From Myxococcales bacterium (lineage in GTDB: Bacteria; Myxococcota_A; UBA9042; JABWCM01; BTVJ01), in assembly GCA_045863395.1 (NCBI GenBank), contig BTVJ01000003.1, forward strand, positions 32,001-96,000: a DNA stretch of 64,000 nt. Reading direction: 5' to 3'. Positions within the stretch are counted from its first letter, which is position 1, and every line of letters starts with the position of its first letter. Below, piece by piece: positions 10,123 through 20,706 of this stretch. A program made the position numbers and the translations under genes. Below the pieces are notes generated by a model, which made no database searches, was not told the origin of the DNA, and saw only the letters and a list, made by a program, of their open reading frames with translations.

Positions 10123-13100
10123 ATGGTCAGACGTACGCTCGTGCTCGCCCTGACGGCGACCACCCTCTGCTTCACCGCAGGCTGCCCCGACGACGACGTG
10201 TCAGGCGGCACCCCCGACGGGGCGGTGGATGACGTCACCGACGTGGCCGGCGGGGACGGGGGCATCAGCGCCGATACGGGCACGGTGCCGGACGCGGGCG
10301 GGGACACGGGGAGCGACGGTGGGCCACCGGACGTCGGCGACGGCGGGGCGGACGGTGAGGCGTCGGACGTTGGACCTGACGGCGAAGCACCCGACGCGGG
10401 GCCCGACGGGGAGACCCCCGATGGGGGGCCCGATGGCGGCGCTCCCGACGTTGGGACGGACGTGGAGTCCCCTGACACGGACGTCGTGACCGATCCCTGC
10501 GACCCGGACCCCTGCACGGCGCCGCCCGCTGCCGCTTGCGGCCCGGACGGGACGACGCTGATCACCGCGAGCCTCCCCGCGACGTGCGCCACTGGCCAAG
10601 AGGGTCCGGTCTGCACCTGGACCGAGACCACGGAGGACTGCGCCGCGACGGGCAAGGTCTGCTTCGGCGGCCAGTGCGTGGAGGCGGCGCCGCTCCCGAA
10701 GGCGGGCGAGATCGTGATCACCGAGATCATGATCGACCCGCACTTCGACCTCGCGGACAACACCGCCGAGTGGTTCGAGGTGGTCAACGTGTCCAGCGGC
10801 GCCCGGAGCCTGACCGGGTGTACCCTGGTCGACAACTCCGGCAACCCCACCACGCTCGGCGTCCTGGAGATCCCGGCGGGCGGCCTCGCCCTGTTCGCGG
10901 CCTCTGCCACCAACAACGGAGGCATCGAGCCGGACGCCTTGTTCGGCTTCGGGTTGGGCAACTCCGAGGACTTCATCCGCATCTCGTGTGGCGGGACGGT
11001 CATCGACGAGGTCGCCTGGGGGGGCTCGTCGACGGTCCCCATCGGCCAGGCCCGGGCCAGCTCGCTGAGCCCGTCCGCCTTCGATGCTGTGGCCAATGAC
11101 GACGGCGCCAACTGGTGCCTCTCGGGCATCATGTACTACCAGGGGACGGGCGGCACGGCAGGCGACAACTACGGCACCCCGGGGGCGCTGAACCCCGCCT
11201 GCCCGGTCCTCGACCTGACCGTCGACTGGTGCCGGCTCCAGTGGCCGCTGGACACGGAGGAGCTTGCCGGCACGCCGGTCACCATCTACGGGCGGGTCTT
11301 CGACGAGGGCGTCACGGATCTGACCGACGGGGTTGACCTCGACCAGATGCTCGTCGGTGAGGCGGGCTACGGACCCGACGAGAGTGATCCCGACGGCAAC
11401 CCGGAGTGGGTGTGGGCTGCGGCCCAGGCCAACCCGGTCTGGAGCGCCGGGACCGCCGGCGAGCCGGGCAACGACGAGTACCTGGCGTCGATCATCGCGC
11501 CAGCGCCCGGCGTCTGGGACCACGCGTTCCGGTTCTCGCTCGACGGTGGAGACACCTGGACCTACTGCGACCGGGCAGCGGGCCCCGGCTCCGACGGCTC
11601 CGAGGACGGCTACCAGGTGGACAACGCCGGCAACCTCGTCACTGTCCCGAGCCCCTGCTCGCCGAACCCGTGCACCGTGCCACCCCCTGCCGAGTGCATC
11701 GACGGCTACGTGGCCAAGGTATGGCAGACGCCGGGGAGCTGCGCCGTCGAGGACCTGGACCCGGTGTGCTCCTGGACCTCGACGACCGTGGACTGCGCGG
11801 CCATTGGGGGGAGCTGCTTCGCTGGCGCCTGCGTGGGTGTCCCCGAGCTGCCGGCGCCCGGTGAGATCATCGTCACCGAGATCATGTACGACCCCCACTT
11901 CGACCTGCTGGACGCCACCGCCGAGTGGGTGGAGCTCACCAACGTCTCCGGGGGGCCCCGCGCGCTGACGGGCTGCAAGCTCGGGGACAGCACGACGGCC
12001 GGCAACGCCATGGGGGCGCTCATCGTCCCCGCGGGCGGCACGGCGCTCTTCGTGAAGTCCCTTACGGCCAATGGGAACCTGACGCCCGACGGCACCTTCA
12101 CCTTCGCCCTCGGGAACTCGGGGGACTCGGTGGTGCTCACGTGCGACGGGGCGCTCATCGACAGCGTCGCGTACGGGACGAGCCTCGGCTTCCCGGCGGC
12201 GCAGGCCCGCTCCCTGTCCCTGGACCCGGCGGCCTACGACGCCGCGCTCAACGACGACGGGGCCAACTGGTGCGTGGCGCAGGACGTCTACTACGAAGGG
12301 ACGGCAGGTCCGGCGGAGGACAACTACGGCACGCCAGGCGCCGTGAACCCGCCGTGCCCCGTGCCTGACACGACCGTGGACTGGTGCCGCCTCCAGTGGC
12401 CGCTCGACGCCGAGGTGCTCGCCGGCACACCGCTGACCATCTACGGGCGGGTCTACGACGAGGGCATCACGGACAAGACGGACGGCGTGGACGCGGCCCC
12501 CGGCCTCGTCGGCCAGGCGGGCTACGGGGCAGACGGCACGGATCCCGCCGCGGATGCGGGGTGGATCTGGGTCGCCGCGAAGGCCAACGCGGCGTGGAGC
12601 GCAGCGGGCGCGGGTGAGCCGGGCAACGACGAGTATGAGGCCACGATCAGCGCGCCCCCGGTGGGGAGCTACGACCACGCCTTCCGGTTCTCACTGGACA
12701 GCGGCGCGACCTGGACGTACTGCGACCGAGCGGCGGGCCCGGGCAGCGATGGGTCGGAGGACGGCTACCAGATCACCAACGCGGGGAGCCTCGTGACGCT
12801 GCCGAGCCCGTGCTCGCCGAACCCGTGTACCGAGGCGCCGCCGGCAGAGTGCGCGGACGCGACGCACGTCAGAGCCTATGGCGCGCCCGGGACCTGCACC
12901 GTGGTCGGGACGTCGGCGGAGTGTGCGTGGCCCGAGACGACGCTCGACTGTGGGGCGACGCTCGGGACCTGCGACGATGGTGTGTGCGTCGGCGGCGCTG
13001 CGGGGCCGCTGGCGGGCGAGGTCATCGTCACCGAGATCATGTACAACACGGAGGGCGACCTCACCGAGACGAGCGCGGAGTGGTTCGAGCTCTACAACCG

Positions 13101-16100
13101 CACGGATCACCCGATCAGCCTGGCCGGGTGCGTGCTCCAGGACCAGTCGGCCATCTCGACGACCGTAGGTTCCTTGGTGATCCTCGGTCACAGCCACGTC
13201 GTCCTGGCGCGATCGGTCAACCCGGATCTCAATGGTGGCTTGGACGCGGTTCACTCATTCAACTTCGCCCTCAACAACGGGGGGACGGGCGACGCGGTCA
13301 CCCTGACCTGCGACGGCGCCCTCATCGACGGCGTGACCTGGTCCACGGCGGCGGGGTTCCCGGTGGCGACCGCGAAGTCCCTGTCGCTGGACCCCGCGGC
13401 CTATGACGCGACGCTGAACGACGACGGCGCCAACTGGTGCCTGGGCACAGGGCTCTACTACACGTCTCCCACGGGCGGAAACGAGCACTACGGCTCTCCG
13501 GGTGCGATGAACCCGGCGTGCCCGCAGGTGGACAACACCGTGGACTGGTGCCGCCTCCAGTGGCCGCTGGACGCGGAGGTCCTCGCCGGGACGCCCGTCA
13601 CCGTGTACGGGCGCGTGTATGACGAGGGCGTCACCGACAAGACCGACGGGGTCGACGCAGACCCGAAGCTGGTCGGCCAGGTGGGCTACGGCCCCGACGG
13701 ATCCGATCCCGCCGCTGGCGGGTGGACGTGGGCGGCTGCGGCCGCCAACCCCTCGTGGAGCGCGTCCGAGGCAGGGGAGCCCGGCAACGACGAGTACCAG
13801 GCGACGTTCGCGGCGCCAGCGGCCGGCACCTACGACCACGCCTTCCGGTTCTCTCTGGACGGCGGCACCTCGTGGACGTACTGCGACCGGGCGGCGGGCC
13901 CGGGGAGCGACGGGTCCGAAGACGGGTATCAGATCGCCAACGCCGGCAGCCTCCTGACCCTGGCGAGCCCTTGCTCGCCGAACCCGTGTACGGTGGCGCC
14001 GGCGCCGGAGTGCACGGACGCGACGCACCGGGTCGTCTACGGCGCTCCGGGCACCTGCGCCGTGGAGGGCGTGGACGCGGTGTGCACCTGGCCGGAGACG
14101 ACGCAGGACTGCGGCGCGACCCTCGGGACCTGCGAGGATGGCGTATGCGTCGGCGGTGCAGTGGCCCCGCTGGCCGGCGACGTGATCGTCACCGAGATCA
14201 TGTACAACACGGAGGGCGACCTCGGCGAGACGACCGCCGAGTGGTTCGAACTCTACAATCGCGCTTCCTACGCGGTGTCCTTGCAGGGCTGCGTCCTCCA
14301 GGACCAGTCGTCCATATCGACGACCGTCGGATCCCTCGTGATACCGCCCCAGGCCCACGTGGTGTTCGCGCGGTCGGTCAATCCAGCGCTCAACGGAGGC
14401 GTCTCTGCGGCCCACTCCTTCGCCTTCTCGCTCAACAACACCGGGGGAGACGCCATCACGCTGACCTGCGGCGGCGTGCTCATCGACGGGGTCACCTGGT
14501 CGGCGGCGGCGGGCTTCCCGGTGGCGACGGCCGCGACCCTCTCTCTGGATCCGGCGGCGTACGACGCGGCCCTCAACGACGCTGCTGCCAACTGGTGCCT
14601 CGGGTCTGCGGTCTATTACACCTCCCCCGGCGGCGGCAACGAGCACCTCGGCACTCCCGGTGCGCTGAACCCGGCGTGTCCCGAGGTGGACACCACCGTC
14701 GATTGGTGCCGGCTCCAGTGGCCGCTGGACGCCGAGGTCCTCGCGGGGACCAGCGTGACCGTGTATGGGCGCGTCTACGACGAGGGCATCACGGACAAGA
14801 CGGACGGCGTGGATGGGGCGCCGGGGCTCGTGGGTCAGGCGGGCTTTGGTCCCGATGCCACGGACCCCGCTGCGGGTGGTTGGACCTGGATCGCCGCTGC
14901 TGCCACACTGGCCTGGAGCGGGTCGGGGGCCGGTGAGCCTGACAACGACGAGTACCAGGCGACGTTCGCGGCGCCCGCCGTGGGCACCTACGACCATGCC
15001 TTCCGGTTCTCGCTGGATGGCGGGACGACGTGGACCTACTGCGACCGCGCAGCGGGGCCCGGCTCCGACGGCTCCGAGGACGGGTACCAGATCGCCAACG
15101 CCGGCTCGCTGATCACGTTGGCGAGCCCCTGCGACCCCAACCCGTGCACCGTAGCCCCTGCGGACGAGTGCGCCGACGGGACCCACGTGAAGCAGTTCGG
15201 GGCGCCCGGCACCTGCACGGTGGACGGGATCGGCTACACGTGCGGGTGGCCGGAGACGTTGGTGGACTGCGGCGCGACCTTCGCCACCTGTGAGGGGGGC
15301 ACGTGCGTGGGCGGCGCGGTGGCGCCGCTCGCCGGGGACGTCATCGTCACGGAGATCATGTACGACACCCAGGGCGACCTGGTCGAGACCAGCGCCGAGT
15401 GGTTCGAGCTCTTCAATCGCGCCGACCACCCGGTCTCTTTGGCCGGCTGTGTGCTCCAGGACCAGTCGGCGACGTCCACGACCGTCGGGACGCTGGTCAT
15501 CCCGGCGCAGACCCACGTGGTGCTCGCCCGGTCTGCGAACCCGGCGGCCAACGGCGGGCTGAGCGTGGCTCACACCTTCGCCTTCGGGCTGAACAACGCT
15601 GCGGCGGGCGACGCCGTCACGCTGACCTGCGGCGGGGTGCTCATCGATGGGGTGACGTGGTCGGTCGCCGCTGGCTTCCCCGTCGCCTCGGCGACCACCC
15701 TGTCGCTGGATCCGGCCGCCTACGACGCGACCCTCAATGACCAGGGCGCCAACTGGTGCCTCGGGACCGACCTCTATTACACGTCTCCCGGAGGCGGCAA
15801 CGAGCACCATGGCTCCCCCGCTGTACTGAACCCGGCGTGTCCGGTGGCGGACGAGGCGGTGGATTGGTGCCGCCTCCAGTGGCCCCTGGACGTGGAGATC
15901 CTGGCCGGCACGCCGCTGACCGTGTATGGCCGCGTCTACGACGAGGGGGTGACGGACCAGTCAGATGGCGTCGACACGGATCCGAAGCTCGTCGGGCAGG
16001 CTGGCTACGGACCGGATGGGTCCGACCCGGACGGCAACCCAGAGTGGAGCTGGGCGGCGGCGACGCCGAACGCCCTCTGGAGCGCGTCGGGAGCGGGCGA

Positions 16101-19100
16101 GCCCGGGAACGACGAGTACCAGGCGACGTTCACCGCGCCCGCTCCGGGCGCCTGGGACCACGCGTTCCGGTTCTCGCTGGACGGCGGGACCACGTGGACC
16201 CTCTGCGACCGCGACGCGGGCGCTGGCTCCGACGGCTCGCAGGACGGCTACCAGGTGGCAAACGCGGGGGCGCTCGTGACCTTGGCGAGCCCGTGCGAGC
16301 CCAACCCGTGCACCGTGGCGCCGCCGGCGGAGTGCGTGGATGCGACACACGTCAAGCAGTTCGGACCGCCAGGGACCTGCACCGTGGACGGGACGTCGCC
16401 CGTCTGTGCGTGGACGGAGACCCTCGTGGACTGTGGCGCCACGCTGGGCACCTGCTCCGATGGGGCGTGCGTGGGTGGCGCGGTGGCGCCCGCAGCGGGT
16501 GAGGTCGTCGTCACCGAGATCATGTACGACACCCAGGGCGACCTCAACGAGGCCACCGCGGAGTGGTTCGAGCTCTACAACCGCACGGACCACTCGATCA
16601 CCCTGGCAGGCTGCGTGCTCCAGGACCAGTCGGCGACGTCCACGACCGTGGGGTCCCTGGTGATCCCGGCCCAGACCCACGTGGTCGTCGCGCGGTCCGT
16701 CAACCCGGCCCTCAACGGGGGCCTCTCGGCCGCCCACGCCTTCTCCTTCTCGCTGAACAACGCCGCTACGGGCGACGCCGTCACGCTCACCTGCGGCGGC
16801 ACGCTCATCGACGGCGTGACGTGGTCGGGCGCTGCGGGCTTCCCCGTCGCGCAGGCGACCACACTCTCCCTGGACCCGGCGGCCTACGACGCGACGCTCA
16901 ACGACGTGGGCTCCAACTGGTGTGTGGGCGCTGGCGTCTACTACACGTCGCCGGGCGGCGGCAACGAGCACTACGGCTCGCCCGGCGCGCTCAACCCCGC
17001 GTGCCCGGTCATCGACACGACCGTGGACTGGTGCCGGCTCCAGTGGCCGCCCACCGTGGATGCGCTCCCGGGGGGCGCGTTCACCGTCTACGGCCGCATC
17101 TACGAGGCGGGCATCACGGACCAGAGCACGGCGACCGATGCGGCGCCCCAGCTCGTCGGTCAGGCCGGGTGGGGTCCGAACGGGACGACCCCCGAGGGCA
17201 ACCCGGAGTGGACGTGGGCTACGGGCACCGCGAACCTGCTCTATGACGGCGGCACCTCCGGTGAGCCGGACAACGACGAGTACCTCGCTTCGCTCACTGC
17301 CCCGAACACGGTGGCCAGCTACGACTACGCGTGGCGGTTCTCGGTGGACGGCGGGGCGAGCTGGACCTACTGCGATCTGGACGCCGGGCCCGGGCAGGAC
17401 GGCAGCGAGGACGGCTACCAGGTCGACAACGCCGGGTCCCTGGTCGTGCACCCCGACCCCTGCGTCACCGCGATCTGCACTCCGCAGCCCGCGGCCTGCG
17501 CGCCCGATGGAGTCACCCTGGTCACCTGGGCCTCCACCTGCATGCCGACGGGCCCGGGGACGCATGTCTGCAGCGAGACGAGCACGACGACCGACTGTGC
17601 CGCCACGGGCGGCGTCTGCGTCGCCGATGAGTGCGTGTCGGCGGTGGCAGCGCCCGCGCCTGGTGAGGTCATCTTCACGGAGATCATGTATGACCCGGCC
17701 TTCGAGCTGAGCGACACGACGGCCGAGTGGTTCGAGCTGACCAACGTGACCAGCGCCGACCTGAACCTGACCGGCTGCTCGGTGGCGGACGCGGCCACGT
17801 CCAACACGGTGAGCACGCTGCTCATCGGCGCAGGGGAGACAGTGGTCTTCGCGCGGTCCGCTTCGGCGGCGCTCAACGGGGGAATCGTCCCCGACGCGCT
17901 CTTCACGTTTGCGCTGAACAACGGCGGTGGAGACACCCTGACGCTGACGTGCGGAGCCCAGGTCATCGACACGGTGACCTACGACGACGGCGGAGCCTTC
18001 CCGGACGCGGCCGGGGCGTCCATCAGCCTGGATCTCGACTCCTACGACGCGCTGCTCAACGACTCGGGCGCCGCGTGGTGCCTCGCGCAGGACGTGTATC
18101 ACGTAGGCTCGACGCCCGGGCAGGACAACCTGGGGACTCCGGGGGCTCTCAATCCCGCGTGCCCCCCCGTCGACACCACTGTCGACTGGTGCCGGCTCCA
18201 GTGGCCCCTCGACGCGACGGCGCCGGCGGGGACGGAGCTGACCGTGTATGGGCGTATCTACGAGGAGGGCACGACCGACCTGACCGACGGGGTGGACGCA
18301 GGGCCGCAGCTCGTGGGCGCTGTGGGCTTCGGCCCCGACGGGACCCTCCCGACCACTGGTTGGACCTGGATCCCGGCGACCCCCAACGTCGCCTGGAGCG
18401 CCGCCGGGGCCGGCGAGCCCGGCAACGACGAGTACCAGGCGACCCTCACGGTCCCGCCGGCGGGCGCCTACGACCACGCCTTCCGGTTCTCCGTGGACGG
18501 CGGCGCTACCTGGACTTACTGCGACAGGGCTGCCGGGTTGGGCTCCGACGGCGCCGAGGACGGCTATCAGATCGCCAACGCCGGGAGCCTGACCAGCGAG
18601 GCGAGCCCCTGCGACCCGGATCCGTGCACGGTCATCCCGGCGCCGGAGTGCGACGGTGACCTGCTGACCGCATACCTGGGGCCAGCGACGTGCAGCGTCG
18701 ACCAGGCTCAGGCGGTGTGCACGTGGGGGACCGCGACCACCGACTGCTCCGCGAGCGGCGGGACCTGCTCCGAAGGCCAGTGTGTGTCATCGACGCAGCC
18801 ACCCGGGGTGGGCGACGTGTTCATCACCGAGATCCTCTACAACCCCGAAGGCGACCTCAGCGAGAACACCGCCGAGTGGTTCGAGCTCTACAACCACACC
18901 GCCTGGCCCATCACGCTCCAAGGCTGCGTGCTCAAGGACGGCTCCACCACCACCACGACCCTCGGGGCCGTGGTGATGGCTCCGCAGAGCTACGCGGTCT
19001 TCGCCCGCTCGGCGGACCCGGCCCTCAACGGCGGCCTCACCGTCGCGGCGGTCTTCGCCTTCGCGCTCAACAACACGACGGACAGCATCTCGCTGACCTG

Positions 19101-19314
19101 CGACAGCGTGGTCATCGACGCGGTGTCCTACGGCGGCGCCACGTTCCCCGCCGGCGCCGTCGCCAAGTCCTACCAGCTCAAGCCGTCCAGCTACAGCGCG
19201 GCCGGCAACGACGCGGGCGCCAGCTGGTGCATCGGGACCAACGTCTACTACACGTCGGTCGGAGGCACCAACCCCCACGTCGGGACGCCGGGGGCGGCCA
19301 GCGACTGCGAGTAG
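10123..19314 (+). CDS. Giant repetitive surface lipoprotein (~3,060 aa): 8 lamin-tail-like domains alternating with 7 'VDWCRLQWP' domains and Cys-rich linkers
   Basis: GAGGAGGA RBS; signal peptide with lipobox-like FTAG/C; Asp/Gly/Pro-rich tether; repeated xxITEIMYxx...EWFELxN...GT/SPGxxN (LTD-like) and VDWCRLQWP...NDEY...HAFRFSxDGG.W.YCD units. Confidence 0.9.
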   Translation: MVRRTLVLALTATTLCFTAGCPDDDVSGGTPDGAVDDVTDVAGGDGGISADTGTVPDAGGDTGSDGGPPDVGDGGADGEASDVGPDGEAPDAGPDGETPDGGPDGGAPDVGTDVESPDTDVVTDPCDPDPCTAPPAAACGPDGTTLITASLPATCATGQEGPVCTWTETTEDCAATGKVCFGGQCVEAAPLPKAGEIVITEIMIDPHFDLADNTAEWFEVVNVSSGARSLTGCTLVDNSGNPTTLGVLEIPAGGLALFAASATNNGGIEPDALFGFGLGNSEDFIRISCGGTVIDEVAWGGSSTVPIGQARASSLSPSAFDAVANDDGANWCLSGIMYYQGTGGTAGDNYGTPGALNPACPVLDLTVDWCRLQWPLDTEELAGTPVTIYGRVFDEGVTDLTDGVDLDQMLVGEAGYGPDESDPDGNPEWVWAAAQANPVWSAGTAGEPGNDEYLASIIAPAPGVWDHAFRFSLDGGDTWTYCDRAAGPGSDGSEDGYQVDNAGNLVTVPSPCSPNPCTVPPPAECIDGYVAKVWQTPGSCAVEDLDPVCSWTSTTVDCAAIGGSCFAGACVGVPELPAPGEIIVTEIMYDPHFDLLDATAEWVELTNVSGGPRALTGCKLGDSTTAGNAMGALIVPAGGTALFVKSLTANGNLTPDGTFTFALGNSGDSVVLTCDGALIDSVAYGTSLGFPAAQARSLSLDPAAYDAALNDDGANWCVAQDVYYEGTAGPAEDNYGTPGAVNPPCPVPDTTVDWCRLQWPLDAEVLAGTPLTIYGRVYDEGITDKTDGVDAAPGLVGQAGYGADGTDPAADAGWIWVAAKANAAWSAAGAGEPGNDEYEATISAPPVGSYDHAFRFSLDSGATWTYCDRAAGPGSDGSEDGYQITNAGSLVTLPSPCSPNPCTEAPPAECADATHVRAYGAPGTCTVVGTSAECAWPETTLDCGATLGTCDDGVCVGGAAGPLAGEVIVTEIMYNTEGDLTETSAEWFELYNRTDHPISLAGCVLQDQSAISTTVGSLVILGHSHVVLARSVNPDLNGGLDAVHSFNFALNNGGTGDAVTLTCDGALIDGVTWSTAAGFPVATAKSLSLDPAAYDATLNDDGANWCLGTGLYYTSPTGGNEHYGSPGAMNPACPQVDNTVDWCRLQWPLDAEVLAGTPVTVYGRVYDEGVTDKTDGVDADPKLVGQVGYGPDGSDPAAGGWTWAAAAANPSWSASEAGEPGNDEYQATFAAPAAGTYDHAFRFSLDGGTSWTYCDRAAGPGSDGSEDGYQIANAGSLLTLASPCSPNPCTVAPAPECTDATHRVVYGAPGTCAVEGVDAVCTWPETTQDCGATLGTCEDGVCVGGAVAPLAGDVIVTEIMYNTEGDLGETTAEWFELYNRASYAVSLQGCVLQDQSSISTTVGSLVIPPQAHVVFARSVNPALNGGVSAAHSFAFSLNNTGGDAITLTCGGVLIDGVTWSAAAGFPVATAATLSLDPAAYDAALNDAAANWCLGSAVYYTSPGGGNEHLGTPGALNPACPEVDTTVDWCRLQWPLDAEVLAGTSVTVYGRVYDEGITDKTDGVDGAPGLVGQAGFGPDATDPAAGGWTWIAAAATLAWSGSGAGEPDNDEYQATFAAPAVGTYDHAFRFSLDGGTTWTYCDRAAGPGSDGSEDGYQIANAGSLITLASPCDPNPCTVAPADECADGTHVKQFGAPGTCTVDGIGYTCGWPETLVDCGATFATCEGGTCVGGAVAPLAGDVIVTEIMYDTQGDLVETSAEWFELFNRADHPVSLAGCVLQDQSATSTTVGTLVIPAQTHVVLARSANPAANGGLSVAHTFAFGLNNAAAGDAVTLTCGGVLIDGVTWSVAAGFPVASATTLSLDPAAYDATLNDQGANWCLGTDLYYTSPGGGNEHHGSPAVLNPACPVADEAVDWCRLQWPLDVEILAGTPLTVYGRVYDEGVTDQSDGVDTDPKLVGQAGYGPDGSDPDGNPEWSWAAATPNALWSASGAGEPGNDEYQATFTAPAPGAWDHAFRFSLDGGTTWTLCDRDAGAGSDGSQDGYQVANAGALVTLASPCEPNPCTVAPPAECVDATHVKQFGPPGTCTVDGTSPVCAWTETLVDCGATLGTCSDGACVGGAVAPAAGEVVVTEIMYDTQGDLNEATAEWFELYNRTDHSITLAGCVLQDQSATSTTVGSLVIPAQTHVVVARSVNPALNGGLSAAHAFSFSLNNAATGDAVTLTCGGTLIDGVTWSGAAGFPVAQATTLSLDPAAYDATLNDVGSNWCVGAGVYYTSPGGGNEHYGSPGALNPACPVIDTTVDWCRLQWPPTVDALPGGAFTVYGRIYEAGITDQSTATDAAPQLVGQAGWGPNGTTPEGNPEWTWATGTANLLYDGGTSGEPDNDEYLASLTAPNTVASYDYAWRFSVDGGASWTYCDLDAGPGQDGSEDGYQVDNAGSLVVHPDPCVTAICTPQPAACAPDGVTLVTWASTCMPTGPGTHVCSETSTTTDCAATGGVCVADECVSAVAAPAPGEVIFTEIMYDPAFELSDTTAEWFELTNVTSADLNLTGCSVADAATSNTVSTLLIGAGETVVFARSASAALNGGIVPDALFTFALNNGGGDTLTLTCGAQVIDTVTYDDGGAFPDAAGASISLDLDSYDALLNDSGAAWCLAQDVYHVGSTPGQDNLGTPGALNPACPPVDTTVDWCRLQWPLDATAPAGTELTVYGRIYEEGTTDLTDGVDAGPQLVGAVGFGPDGTLPTTGWTWIPATPNVAWSAAGAGEPGNDEYQATLTVPPAGAYDHAFRFSVDGGATWTYCDRAAGLGSDGAEDGYQIANAGSLTSEASPCDPDPCTVIPAPECDGDLLTAYLGPATCSVDQAQAVCTWGTATTDCSASGGTCSEGQCVSSTQPPGVGDVFITEILYNPEGDLSENTAEWFELYNHTAWPITLQGCVLKDGSTTTTTLGAVVMAPQSYAVFARSADPALNGGLTVAAVFAFALNNTTDSISLTCDSVVIDAVSYGGATFPAGAVAKSYQLKPSSYSAAGNDAGASWCIGTNVYYTSVGGTNPHVGTPGAASDCE
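10708..19300 (+). repeat. Intragenic tandem repeat, period ~1,150-1,165 nt, about 7.5 copies
   Basis: LTD-like units start at about 10708, 11863, 13018, 14179, 15337, 16501, 17665 and 18814; VDWCRLQWP codons at 11221, 12376, 13540, 14698, 15859, 17023 and 18181. Confidence 0.92.
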
Positions 19315-19329
19315 ACGCCTCTGGGGGGG

Positions 19330-20706
19330 TCAGGGCTCTTCGTCACGGTAGCTCTCGGCCGCCAAGCCGTGCTTCGCAAGCCAGCGATAGACCTGCTTCC
19401 GGTCCTTCCCCAGGATCTTGGCGACCTGCGCGACGTTTCCCCCGCAGCGGGCCATCAGCTCGGTCATCGCCTCACGCGACGGGCTCCGGGAGGGCGGCGG
19501 CTGCGGAGGGCTCGCCTCCATCGGCTCGCGCTCGGCGTGCTTTGCCCCGCCGCCACGGATGGTCGGAGGCAGGGAGGTCAGACGCACGACCCCGTCGTCG
19601 GGCTCCAGCGTGGCCACCATCTGCATCACGGTGCGAAGCTCCCGGACGTTCATGGGCCAGTCGTGGAGGAGCAACGCCTCGACCGCGTCGGCAGCCCACT
19701 GGAAGGTCCGATCTGGGGCGATCTGGTGGAGCAGGCTGCGCGCGATGGGCATCACGTCCTCGCGACGCTCCCGGAGCGCCGGGATGGACAGGGGGAACTG
19801 GTACAGCCTCGCACGCAGATCGAGGCGGAAGGCGCCGGAGAGCGACTCCTGCTCCAGGTCGCGGTTCGTGGCTGCCACGATGCGGGCATTGGTCTTGAGG
19901 GTCGTCGTGCTGCCGACCGGGTTGAACTCCCGGGACTCGAGCACTCGAAGCAGCTTGGGCTGGACCTCCAGCGGGAGCTCGCCCACCTCGTCCAGGAACA
20001 GCGTGCCGTTGGTCGCCTCCTGGAAGTGGCCGACGTGGTTCTGGTCGGCGCCCGTGAAGGATCCCTTGCGGTGGCCGAAGAGCAGCGACTCTACGAGGGG
20101 CATTGGCAGCGCCGCGCAGTTGACCGCGCGGAATGGCCCCTTGCGCCCGCTCTGGTCGTGGATGCGTTGGGCCGCCAGCTCCTTGCCCGTCCCGCTGGGC
20201 CCGCTGATCAGCACGGTCAGATCGCTGGGGGCGACCTTGTCGATCCTGGCGATCAGGTCGCCCAGCGCCGCGGACAGACCGACGAAGGGATGCTCGATGA
20301 CCGGCTGCGGGTCGGGGATGGGGCCGAAGAGCATGACCGTTGAGCCAGCCCGAACCACGGCTCCATCCTCGAGATAGCGCGACGCCACCTTCTGGCCATT
20401 GACGCAGGTGCCGTTCTTCGAGTGCAGGTCTGCCAGCTCGAACATCGGGAGAGGCTTGCCCACGCGCGTGACCTTGAAGTGGACTGCGGACATCCGGGGG
20501 TCATTGATGGCCGCACCCGCCTCGGGTCCGGGCGTGCGCCCCACGACGAGCGCGCGCTCGACCAGGAGAGTTGCCCCCAGCCGATCTGCGTCAGGGGTCT
20601 CCACGACCCTCAGTCCCCTGGGCGCGTCGGCGAACATGGACCGGGCGAGGTCCGTCTCGGTCACCGTGCGTGAGGGCCCCTCACCGTCGCTGCTGGATGT
20701 GCTCAA
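19330..20706 (-). CDS. FHA-domain sigma54-dependent enhancer-binding protein
   Basis: FHA (VVGR...MSAVHF...DLHSKNGTCVNG), AAA+ GPSGTGKE, GSFTGA, LFLDEVGEL, WPMNVREL, C-terminal Fis-type HTH (GNVAQVAKILG...VYRW). Confidence 0.93.
   Translation of the reverse strand: MSTSSSDGEGPSRTVTETDLARSMFADAPRGLRVVETPDADRLGATLLVERALVVGRTPGPEAGAAINDPRMSAVHFKVTRVGKPLPMFELADLHSKNGTCVNGQKVASRYLEDGAVVRAGSTVMLFGPIPDPQPVIEHPFVGLSAALGDLIARIDKVAPSDLTVLISGPSGTGKELAAQRIHDQSGRKGPFRAVNCAALPMPLVESLLFGHRKGSFTGADQNHVGHFQEATNGTLFLDEVGELPLEVQPKLLRVLESREFNPVGSTTTLKTNARIVAATNRDLEQESLSGAFRLDLRARLYQFPLSIPALRERREDVMPIARSLLHQIAPDRTFQWAADAVEALLLHDWPMNVRELRTVMQMVATLEPDDGVVRLTSLPPTIRGGGAKHAEREPMEASPPQPPPSRSPSREAMTELMARCGGNVAQVAKILGKDRKQVYRWLAKHGLAAESYRDEEP

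Noticed and set aside
10201..18477. Three ~830-850-aa minus-strand ORFs within the giant repeat gene
   Set aside because: Antisense shadows that mirror the repeat; Arg/Gly/Val-rich with no protein-like features.
10708..19300. Recurring near-identical ~25-30 nt strings (e.g. gactggtgccggctccagtggccg) that might suggest a CRISPR array or DGR template
   Set aside because: Spacing is ~1.16 kb and in frame within a CDS, with variation at synonymous positions; no cas or reverse transcriptase gene in the window.
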